From: Perkinsus olseni
Taxonomy: Eukaryota
Direction: 5' to 3'
Length of the DNA stretch: 40,570 bases
NCBI GenBank assembly: GCA_013115125.1
Contig: JABANN010000311.1
Coordinates: 1-40,570, forward strand
The translations under genes were made by a program, and so were the position numbers. Under the pieces are notes generated by a model that did not search any database, was not told where the DNA came from, and saw nothing but the letters and a program-made list of their open reading frames with translations. How positions within the stretch are numbered: position 1 is the stretch's first letter; the number at the start of each line of letters is the position of its first letter. Below, one piece after another: positions 1 through 10,457 of this stretch.

Positions 1-2
1 GG

Positions 3-56
3 GTACGGAGCCGTACTCGTACCCGTACCGTACTTCGTACTAGACCGTACCCGTAC
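3..56. repeat. Cluster of 8 GTAC (mostly CGTAC) units inside a minus-strand intron
   Basis: GTAC at 3, 13, 19, 25, 30, 37, 47 and 53. The cluster lies downstream of the minus-strand donor GAG|GTGGGC at position 66. Confidence 0.8.
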
Positions 57-66
57 TGTCGCCCAC

Positions 67-3000
67 CTCTACCTTGGAGAACTCCTCAATAAATTGCTTC
101 CGGCTGGTAGCCGACCGCGGGATGCTGCAACAGAACAACAGTCTAATTGAACTGACGGTACTCCTGCCATCCCTCACCTCAACGCCAGCAGCTTCACAGG
201 AGAAGCCACTGAGAAGAAGTAGGTGAACTTCTGTAGCCCCTGGCGTGTTATGTGCCTCTGGTCGCCATTCCCTTCCCCAAGGACCTCCAGTACCTGCGCC
301 CTCCTAAGCTCGGATCACCATCCACCTCCAAAAGGGTCCCACCGTAGAGAGGCTAACCAAAGGGAAGCTGCCGATCCAGGACCCTAGCTCATCCCCAGTC
401 AGCTTGCCGTCCTTGTTCTTGTCGAAGGCCGTGAAGAAGGCCTCGGTATTCACGGCAGAGAAGACCGCCAGAAGCCTTCGTAAGCGCCTGCGTCACCGCG
501 CCACGAAATTATTGCCCCTGCCCTAGGTCCTCTCACTTGTGGCGGACGGCGTTCATCCACGCCTCCACGGCCTCCTTCGGTATCCTTCCGTCCCATAAAA
601 GCGCTAGAGATTCAAAATTCTGACGGAGCGACGCATCATACTCTGCATGAAGGGTCGTCGGCGATCCCTCACTCGCGTGGAGAAGCCCCGATGGTTGGCC
701 TGAAACTCCGACGCCATCCTCGCGAAATCCTCTCCGGTCCATCCAGTGCGGGCGATGTCGATCTTGTCCATTACATAGGAGGACTCCGGCAAGTACTTAG
801 CTATTACTCCAGGCATCGACAGCAACCGCAGCATGGCAATTTCTTGATGGTCGATGAACCCTGACGACAGCGGCACCGAGCTGCTGCTGCTGCTGCTGTG
901 GTCAGCAGCGGTCAGCAGCCCACCATCATCATCGAAGTCCAGGAACTCTCCAACTTCAGCGCTCTCAAAGCCCGTGTATTCCTTCATCGCCTTCATAGTC
1001 GCCGCCGCATACTCCTCTACCGGCCCATCCGCCTTCGACTGCACTCTGATCATCAGCCACGGTACTCAATACCAAAACATCCCCTACTCTACTTCTGTGC
1101 CAAAAGCACCGCACTGGCAGGCACAGAATCCTCGCTGAAGCCAGCCAGCCTCTGCAGCTCACCCAGCGATATCGAGTCGGAGCCGTCCACGTCAACGACA
1201 GCGAAAACCTGAGGACGCGAAAAGGATTGACGTCATCCGCCACGGTGGGCTCGAATATCGAACAAGGATCGCGGGGCGTCGAATCACGGACGAGAATCGG
1301 CGTGGGTGGAGAACCCCAGGAGGCCCCGAGTAGATCATCACCGGCCGATCGTCTTGGGCAAAGCCTAGCTCCTCGAAGGCGAGCTCGCCGTCTCCATTGG
1401 TGTCGAACTCCTTGAAGCGCTGAGCCAGAATGAGGGAGTCCAGGATAAGATGAATACGACGATGGTTCCTGAGAAAGGACACATCCCTCAGAGCCAGGCA
1501 CCTTGTTCTGCCAGACGTAATGATAGGCAACGTGAGAAGAAGCGCTGCTCAGACCCATTCCCTTACCACCATCAACCACTCGTTAACGATCGCCACCGAG
1601 AAGCCTGAATCATGTGGGCCTCCCCTTACCGGAGGTCCTTCGATACAACATGTAGCACATCACTCTTGGTGGAGATGAGGTCCTCTGCATCACGGTCAGC
1701 AGGGTACTCTAGGAGGTCGTAGGCCTGCCCGACGGGGCTCCACCCATGCAAGGTTGAGGCCTCCAGACCCACCGTCCGAGAGAACACAGTGGGTGACGCC
1801 TGGATGGACTTGCCGTAGTCGGAAAAGTCCCTAGAGCTGACCCTAGTACTCGGGGACAGCTTCCGTAGACTGTATTCCAATGGTAGACGCCTCCACTGAG
1901 AAGACGAAAGAGTCCCTCGATACCATGATCGATAGGTAGACATTGATCGAGCATCACAGACCACAGCGTGACCAGTTGTGAGCGGTTCCCTGGTCACTTG
2001 ACGGCGTTTCAGCAGAAAGCAGCATAATGGTCCACGCGGCGCCTCTCAATCTGGAGACCAGTGCCTACCTGCTCGCCCCTTTCTCCCTCCTCAAGGAAGG
2101 ATGCCACATGATGACGGCCTCGATGGTGTCGTCTGGTACCCTCCTCCGGATGGCCAGCCTCCTCTTCCCTGTCGGGTAGCGTGGAGACGACCCCCCTCCC
2201 CTGCTGGGCCACGCTGAGTGCATTGGAGGTGAGTCGAGGCCGGCGACCATAACCCAGGTAGAACTCTGTGGCGACCAAGTTGTTCATCTCGTTACCACCC
2301 GCCATGGCCCGGAGGAGGCCGTAGTCGCCGTCTGATGGCTCACCTGACCACACCTCGCTACCATCATATCATGTTCGGCAATCGCTGGTACTAGCCCTAT
2401 CATGAGGCTAGGAGGCCGTGGGAATCTTACCCGCTCCCAGCGAGTCCAGAGCCTTCTTGATGACCGGCACGTACCGCTCCGGCATGACCGCTAAGCGCTC
2501 CTTCGCTTGAGTAACGAACGGTTCCACTGAGTAGGGGAGGAGGTTGTCCCCGACCATGTGGGCTATCCTGAAGGAGAGTGCAGCGGTCTCCAACCTCGGG
2601 GTGGCTGAGGGCCCACCAGAGTGCGAAGCGGCGGACCAGCAGCGGCGCCCGATGAATGATGACGAGCCGCTGCCATTCGTAGCGGGACAGGACACCATCC
2701 CTGTTAGAGTCCAAGTAGAAGAAGAGCTGACCATCGACGACAGGGATGGGTAGCCCGACGGCCCTTCGATGGCCCTCACCGCCTCCCCCACCGGACCCTT
2801 CCAGCCGATGTCTTCCAAGGACAGGTCGTTATGGCGGCCGCCGTCCAAGTCAGAGAACCGACTCTCCAGCGTGAGAGAGTCCATCACTAGCTGGACTGCC
2901 GTGTCCGCCTCCCGGGTCGATACGCTCAACCTCCCCTGGGCGATGGTCCGATAGAGCTCCTCGAAGTCCTGCACTCGAACCTCCTCTCCGTGCTCATCCG

Positions 3001-6000
3001 ACACCAACTCGTCGAACGCCTGAGAAGGTCAACGTTACTAATGAAGGGCTCGCCCGAACAATCCGTCTGCTAGTTCACTTCGCGCACGGTAGAGCAAGTC
3101 GTCCCGGAGCATCCCTCCCCACCTCCTTGGAGAACACAAAAGAAGGCGCGGCAATGGTCCGACCGAAGGCCGTGAACTCATCAAAGGCGATGAGGCCGTC
3201 ACCATTGGCGTCGAGTAAGGCGTAGATCTCCGATGGGGCCTCACGGAAGAGCTGGCAGGCAACACCAAGGGAAGCAACCCTTCACCGGGCAGCCCTGTTA
3301 CCGAGACCAGAGTGTGCTTGTCAGGAGCAGTGAGAAGGAGTATCCAGGAGTCCAGTATAGTGGCCACGCCGGCACGGAAGGAGTCGAAGCGCGGGAAGAC
3401 TGAGGAGGAGCGCTTCGGGAAGGCGACTAGAGCTCAACGCTGGTACTCTCGCTAACGTGCTTGATGGCAGTCCGGAGGCCCCTCATGGTCCTGATAGGTG
3501 TTATGTCGCTCTCGAAGAGACCGTCCTTAACGAAGCGGGCGAAGGCTCGGGTGTTGGCCGTAGTGGGGTACTTGCTGTACAACTGCAGCCATCAGAGAGT
3601 TCAGGCGACAGGGAAGAGCCTCCCCCGACCTACATGCTCCATCTTCTCCCTCAACGCCTCCACTGCAGCGAGAGCTGTCTTGTCCACCCAGCTGAGGGAG
3701 GCCTCCAAGGCTGGCTCGGGAAACTAGGCCGACAGCGTCGGCCCGACTGTATCGATGCGGGCGGCGCTTACCCTTCCGATCCTGCCCACGGAGAAATCAA
3801 CTTCCTGAGGAGCCAGCACGTTCTTAAACTGGACCTCATGAGGGCTGTCGTGATGGTAATGCCTGAGTAGTAGCATCATCCCCTCCCTCGGACCCCACTG
3901 TAGGCCACCCCCCATCGTTGGGCTGCTCCTCTCCCCTCCTCCCTCCCCGGCCGGGCTGTGTGGCCGGCTCTATCATCATCCGGGGCGCGGCCGCCTTCCT
4001 GCGCCTACATGAAGACGCCCTCAACTCCTTCCGCCGAGCATCCCCCTACTCGCCAACTGCCGGCCACGGTCCCGAGGGGTGGACAGTGGTGACCACGGAC
4101 ACCCTGCTGTGAGGAGGTCTGGTCCGCAGCCTGTATGGCGATCCCACCGCAGAGGGCATCGGCAGCACCAGAGCCCTCGAAGGAGGAGGGGCCGGCGGAT
4201 GGAAGATAATACGAGGCACGAAGGGGTGAGGGGCGAAGAGAGGCGCGTAGCGGACAGCTCTGACCAAGGAAGGCAGCAGCGTGACGGAAGAGGCTCTCTT
4301 GCTCCTACCCAGCCACATGGGTGACGATAGGCGGGGTGACGAGGCGCTGGCCAGGCGAGAGTCTGTACGGCAGCACCGGCGACCTCGCTTCACCCATGAT
4401 GGTCGCCATGCCCTTCAATTCACCATCCCGAACCTTTGGTGCCGAGGGGACGCTAGGCTGGCCCTCCTCGGGCTGCCCATCAGGCTGGTCATCGGCCACA
4501 CCTTCGTCAGGCGACCACGGGCGTACATGACGAGACTCCTCCTCTTCTGGTCGTTGCGATGGCTCCTCAGGGACGCCCTCCGCCTTGGACGGTCCTTCCT
4601 CCTGTACCCCATCTTCCTCCTCTGAATCATTCTCACTCTCATCCATCCGAGTGGCCCCATCAGGCACTACAGGGTCGCCTTGCTGCTCGTCAGGCGACTC
4701 CTCCTTGCCGAATACTGCGTCCAGCACCTTGTCCTCGGGGCTCTCTTCATCCGAGGTCCCCGGTTCGATCCCACCCTCCGGCGTTTCATTTTCTACCTCT
4801 TCTGGCACCTCACCAGCCTCTGGATTCACATCATCACCTTCAACTTCCTCAGACACTCCTTCGTCCTCCTCCTCGCCTCTGAGCCCCATTTCCATCATCG
4901 CAGCCGAGCCGACGGCCCCTTTCTCCTCCAGCAGGCTGCCGCTGCTCCCATGACCCTCCCCCGGGCCATAATAAGACTTCACAATCTCCGCCAATAGAGC
5001 GCTCTGAGTGGCCTCCCTGTCCCATGCGATCTCCGGTGGGACCAAGGCCTCGTGAGGAGCAGGTCTGGCCAGGACCCCAAGTCCGTGGCAGTAGGAGTAA
5101 AGCACCTACCCCGGGCTGGCCCCCCGTCAACGGCAGCCACCACAACCCACCCGTTTTGTGCTGTAGGTGACCCCACTGAGGCTACGGACGTCATTGACCC
5201 TCACCAGGGTCTCGATACCAGCCGAGGCAAAGCGCCTTCGCAGGTCCCTAACATCAGCGAGAACGTCCAAATGCGGTCGGAGGCCACCGCCGTTAGCTTC
5301 TGTATAGATGGTGAAACTAAAAGGCAATAATGCCTACAGCGCTGACCACTGCTCGGCCGACTACCTGACGAAGTTGCCCGCGAAGCTGTGGGCTACGATG
5401 GTGCCCCGAGGGCTCGAGGAGATCTCCATGTCCTCTCCTGTGACACCTACCCAACCATCTCCACCGAATCTGCCCGACTCCAAAACTCACCATTCTTGAA
5501 TGTGAGGTCAAGATTCTCTCTGTTCACTTTCGACATGGCCTGGCGGAGTACCAGACAGACCTGCACGGCAGGGCTCCTCGCTGGGCCCTATCCAGCCCCA
5601 CCCGCCTTACCCTGTCTCGGAACTTCTGAGTAGTCTCCGCGTTGAGGATCTCTATCTCGCCCTCTACTTCCATGGGGGAGTTGTCAAGGGAGCATCCTCG
5701 AAAGACTTGGAGGTGGAAAGGCGTACGGTCAGAGGAGGGTGGGACGAGGTTAGCCAGGCAACCCTGACCGCAGGAACGACAGAATCCTGAGAACCTCCAC
5801 TGTGGCCGTACATGCAGGGCAGTGTAGGCGGCCCTGGCGGTCTCCTCGTGCTGCTCGGGGGAAAGGCCGCCAACAGGAACGCGAAAGGGCTCCGTCTGAA
5901 GGGATAGTCGGCTGATCACCGAGAGGAAGGGGGGAGGACGCACCGAGAAGACCAACTCCGCGAAGAGGCCGTCCTTGGCGACATCATAGATGACTGTATA

Positions 6001-6663
6001 GACGGGATTGAAGCCAGCGGCTGTGAGGGCGTGGATCCTGAAGGAGTCGTCGCGGTAGCCACTACCATCATTGAGGCCCACATAGCATCCTTAATCCGAT
6101 CCACAGAGGCATGGTGGCCCTGGTCCAGCACTGGATACGGAAATCTAACCTTTCCGATTACCGCCTGATGGAGGACAGCCTCGAGAGAGGGCGGCGTCTC
6201 CACCACTACTACAGCTGCTGTTGCCGGCTTTCGAGACTTCTGCGATATGACAAGGGAATTGGTGGACATGGCAAAGGAGCCGGCCAACTCATAGAAGTGG
6301 CTTGGCTGGAGGCTGTCCAGCAGGTGAGAACACTGAGAGACCCAAAAACGAAAATTTCACTGCGCCACGAAATTGTCCCCTCACCCCGCAAACCGAGGAG
6401 CCGTAGAGTTGCGAGGTCTGCTCGGCACAAGCACCTTCCGCCGCGGACATCACCTGAGCCACGGCTCCGGCCTCCTTCCCCCGACCCTCTCCCCTCACCT
6501 GCATCAACCCCACCACGCCAGCGCCGCCCTTCGCCATATAAGCCTCGAAGGGCCGACACACACGCTCCTCCATCGACGGTCCGCAACCTTCCGACAGCGT
6601 CTCCTTGGACGCTACGGCCCAGCCGGAGATGAGAAGGAGGAGAGAGCGACAGTCCAGGCGCAT
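67..6663 (-). CDS. Very large multi-exon protein: signal peptide, acidic E/D/P-rich linker and multiple EF-hands; 3' end lies beyond the window start
   Basis: N-terminus MRLDCRSLLLLISGWAVA (ATG 6663). Acidic exon in ORF 4305..5105. The apparent stop at 4305 is removed by a 49-nt GT-AG intron that keeps frame into AVRYAPLF. EF-hand loops DANGDGLIAFDE (~3175-3210), DSNRDGVLSRYE (~2675-2712), DTNGDGELAFEE (~1370-1405), DVDGSDSISLGE (~1158-1195), DKNKDGKLTGDE (~388-423). Could be two genes. Confidence 0.6.
497..508 (-). promoter_or_regulatory. TTTCGTGGCGCG motif (exact), in 49-nt intron 488-536
   Basis: The + strand reads CGCGCCACGAAA; the same word recurs across the window. Confidence 0.7.
6361..6372 (-). 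promoter_or_regulatory. TTTCGTGGCGCA motif variant, intronic
   Basis: 11/12 match; follows the donor GTGAGGGG in an early intron of the EF-hand gene. Confidence 0.6.
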
Positions 6664-6787
6664 GAGAAAATAACTCCGGTCCTCCATCCACAGCTCCCGA
6701 TGATTGACAACTCAAGAAGAGCCGCTGTAGTTCACAAAGTAGTAGCTCAGTTAGGAATCGAAGAGGAAGGAAGGAAGAATGGTTACT

Positions 6788-7569
6788 CTATATACGAGAG
6801 TCGGACAGGAATTGGGTGGTGTCCGGCATGGTCCTAGGCACAGCCCAGGTGTAGGTTGTAGCCAGGGACCGCCGAGGGCTCAGAACCTCGGCCGAAACTT
6901 CTCCTTCTCTCTGTAGTTCTTGCGAGCCTCCTTCATTTCGTGCTTGAAACTGAACACCGGAGTCAGGATGCACAAGATTGGGCCGAACAAGCGTCCCTGA
7001 TGTAATCCACTTTACTTCTCTTGAAGGTTTTCCGGGGGCTCCCAGGTCATCTCCGTGTAGCCTTTCCACCGTACCAAGTATTTCCGTCTGAGCAGCTCGC
7101 ACTCCCGTCAGCAAACCCTACTACCAGACTTACCCGTCAAACTGGAGGATTCGGTCCACGATGTACCTAAAGCTCCCCTGCACCCGGACCGCTAAGTTGT
7201 GCTGATAGTACCGTCTATCGCCGTTATCATCTTCAAAACCATTCATGACCACGTCAGAGTCACTGAGTATCGAGGACGCGCTGGAAGACGACGACGATGA
7301 AGAAGAAGAGGAGGAAGAATCCTGAAGCACGGTCGTGTAAGGCTGAGGGAGGGTCACTACAAAGAGGTCTCGCAAGGCCTCGAGGATCCAGTACGAATTG
7401 TAGCCCTGGCGGTGTCTCCACCTACATCATCATCCCTCGGCTCGTTATCATCATCATGAGAGGGTGAGCTGTCCAAAAGGTTGATCGTGGGAACGATGAA
7501 ATCGGACAAGTCGTCGGAGGGTCTCCTCTTCTTCTTGCCGCTGGAGCCTTTACGGAGATGCCCTACCAT
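6788..7569 (-). CDS. Hypothetical protein (about 3 exons; basic KKKRR stretch, poly-Ser, acidic patches)
   Basis: ORFs 7357..7572, 7130..7375 and 6788..7114 lie in series with GT..AG junctions (e.g. GACGG|GTAAGT). No family recognised. Confidence 0.5.
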
Positions 7570-7728
7570 CACGAATCATGAATAGTTGAAACCCAGCAGC
7601 CGATACCACTCCAATCGAAGTTCATGTGCGGGGGGAGGGGGGCATAACTAATACCACTCCTTCCCTATAAAGTCACTCTTGCGCGTACAGAAGTTGCTAT
7701 TAACTACTGCTGATCGTCTACACTACTA

Positions 7729-8652
7729 CTAACCCAAAGGGCTACGCACAAGAGGTGTCCGAGCATGCCAGCCCACTTCAACCCCTGGATTGTAGACAGC
7801 AGCAGCGGCACAAGTATGCCTACGTTTCTCCGACGTCCGCACTTTCTTGGTCGACTGTCTCCTCTTCGGAGACTGTTCGGGAACTGAAAGGACGGTGCGA
7901 AGCTCCGAGTCCGAAGGCAAGCGGTCTTAGTTGAGCGACACGAGCAAGGAAAGAAGAATGCCCACTGGGTGGCAGGTTGATTACCATTGTAGCTATCGCT
8001 GCGGCTTTTAACTTCACTGGCGTCCTTCTTCCTTTTCCTTGATAGCCCCTTCTTTCTCTCCACCTTGCCCTTTCTAAGGCTGCCCTCAGAGGCCGCAGTA
8101 GCCGTCGTTTCGGACGGCGATGCCACAAGCCCTACCAACACCCGACGTGCTCCATCACACCCGATGCGCAAGAGTCCGTCCAGCTACTGTCGTGGTCGTC
8201 CGCCTCCTCCGCCTCCACCGGCTTCATTTCGCTTCGGATCAGATAGACTTTACGTCGATGTACTGCCGCCTCCAATTGTGTCAATAAATCTTCCACGGCT
8301 GAGAGAAGTCTCACGCGTAAACCTTCACGCGCCACGAAACTATTCTGCTCTACTTTTGATCTTGCTCATGTCCACCTCATCCTCCGTGATACACGTCGGA
8401 GGCCGTGGGCGTTGAGAAGTCATTAGCCCTACGGTCTCGCAATAGCTACAGCCAGTGACGCATTCCTCGAGGCCCGAGAGTCCTCGACCGACACGGTAAT
8501 CCACGACGACACGTCTCTTCTCTCTTGTCCTCCTCTCCCCTACTCTCCGCGAGAGTCTGCCCTGTCCCGAGTGATCCTCCGCAGTCCCCTGTCAGCATTA
8601 ATCGGCCGAATAAAGTCAACAAGGGAGTCCAGTGGAAACAATCAATACCCAT
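7729..8652 (-). CDS. Hypothetical multi-exon protein with basic C-terminal half
   Basis: Splicing joins ...EDEVDMSKIK|TVEDLLTQLEAAVHRRKVYLIRSE...; K/R-rich downstream exons. Start and end uncertain. Confidence 0.4.
8328..8339 (-). promoter_or_regulatory. TTTCGTGGCGCG motif (exact), intronic
   Basis: Lies in the intron GTAGAGCAG...GACTTCTCAG; part of a 20-bp exact repeat shared with 10292-10311. Confidence 0.7.
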
Positions 8653-8682
8653 ACTAACGCGCAGTATTTTACCAGTGGTTCC

Positions 8683-10242
8683 TTAGACAATACGCTCGAG
8701 ATCGGTAGCGTAACCTGCGGCAGACAAAAGATTTCGCTGCCGCTTTCGGCCGGCGCCCAGCACTACCTATCATATTCGATATCAAATCCAATGCTGGCAT
8801 TGCTGAGGCATCATCTCTTATCTTCTTGAAAACGAGCCTGGCCGAGAAATGAGCTAGTGGTGTCAGAAAAGAGGCCAAGCACGATCGAATCACCTGTCGC
8901 CCTCGACGACCCATCGAGTGCTCAGTCTGTTCCTGAGCCTCGCCTGGGCAGGAGTCGACGGGTCCTCCAATTCTAGCGTGGAGAGATTGGCTGAAGTGAC
9001 AGAGAGCTTCACAACACCGTCGCCGCCCACTGCCATGCTGCTACCTTCATCAGCAGCCTTCCTGTCGTTCTCTGCCTTGGCAAAGAGCTCCAACGACTTC
9101 TTATCGTTGGGGTCCATAAGAAGCATCTTGCAGGCCGTCTTCGAGTGCATGGAGGTGTAGGCACGCTCCAGCGACGAGGCGATTTTGATTCTGATTTTCA
9201 CCCTTCGTTATAATATCACAAAAAACACTGTTACTACCGGACTTGATTCACCACCCTCTGCAGGAGCAGCTCCGAGTGGGGCAGGTCCTTAGCCGCCTGT
9301 GAGACACAAGCCTTCAGCTTAGTGCCATTGCCTTCCATGATGCACCTTTCGACAGCCACCTGATCGACGACGAGGAAATGGCGGGCAGACTAAGCCGACG
9401 CCCTCGGTAAGAACTACAGCCGAGTTCGAAGCGGAAGTCCAGAGTTTACGCGATCATGATTTCCCTACTACCGGTAGTTGGATCTGAGGAGTCCCAGTGA
9501 GGGCCTCCGGCAACTGTTCAACCTCAGTGTGGAACTCTCCAGTCCGGTCGGCACTCTGATGAAAGGCTGCAGCGTAGTGGTGATGGTGCTTCGAGCTTAC
9601 CAGTAAGAACAAAAGGTAGAGGCCCATGATGGTGGCCATGTTCGTGGAGGGGGCCTGCTGATTGTTGGGGCTTTCGAAGTAATAGCGGCGTAGCTGAGTC
9701 ACTCTCCTTTCGAATGCTGAGAGGAGGAAGAAGACAAGCAAGGCGTCTCGACCAGCACGCTGGGCCGGCACGAAAGTGATGGGCAGTTCGAAATGGCGTT
9801 AGCCAATCTATCATGAGACTTCTCGAGAGAGGCCCCTCCTATCATTTATATAGCTTCTATAGGTATAGGAGCATCCTAAAATGAAGGGAGGGCTAGACGA
9901 CCGAATGTTGCCAAGATTTCGACGTTCCCGAAAGCCGTCCAGAGGTAGCAGCCTACCTCCCATATCGCCAGCCTTCAATGCATCAACAGCAGTGGTTTCC
10001 AGGGTTCCTCTAGCCCACTGTATGAACTCGTCTGTCAACAAGGGAATCCATATACCACACCATCACCACCTCCTACTACTACCCTGTGTCTTTATCCCTA
10101 GATTCTCTCGTGCTTTGATGATCTCGTCGGTGGGCGTGAACCCGAGGGCCAGCATCGCTATCTGAAGAAGAGAGAACTCACCATAGAGGGCCTGGCAAGC
10201 TCCGCTGACTACCTCCGACTTGTCTATGACAGCAGCAGCCAT
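8683..10242 (-). CDS. RPN12: 26S proteasome regulatory (lid) subunit RPN12 / PSMD8
   Basis: Spliced translation gives ARGTLE...AFERRVTQLRRYYF...IMGLYLLFLLSADRTGEFHTEVEQLP...PVAVERCIMEG...IASSLERAY...IGYATDLERIV*. This matches the RPN12 pattern FERYMAQLKCYY / [24 protein letters not shown] and its typical C-terminus. An extra upstream exon is possible. Confidence 0.92.
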
Positions 10243-10296
10243 GTTTTCAAAACCTTCAGTTGATTTATGGGGATGGCCGAGCAATGTTGGGCTTCA

Positions 10297-10308
10297 CGCG
10301 CCACGAAA
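10297..10308 (-). promoter_or_regulatory. TTTCGTGGCGCG motif (exact), ~55 nt upstream of the RPN12 ATG in a divergent intergenic gap
   Basis: Exact copy between divergent starts at 10242 (-) and 10458 (+); may lie in a 5' intron of RPN12. Confidence 0.7.
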
Positions 10309-10457
10309 CTACGCGCACGCCCAAGAGCACATTTCTCCTGAGCCTGCGTACTCAGAAGTATTCTCACGGTCTCCCCAGTTTTGGCTGGTTGAGGTGATAA
10401 ACTTTTTTTGGTTCGTAGATTGTAGACCTGCATAATCCCGTTTTCACTCTCAAGCTT

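Noticed and set aside
6721-6790. tRNA-like 5' words (GCCGCTGTAGTTCA, GTAGCTCAGTTAGG)
   Set aside because: No T-arm GTTCRA at the right distance and no acceptor-stem pairing.
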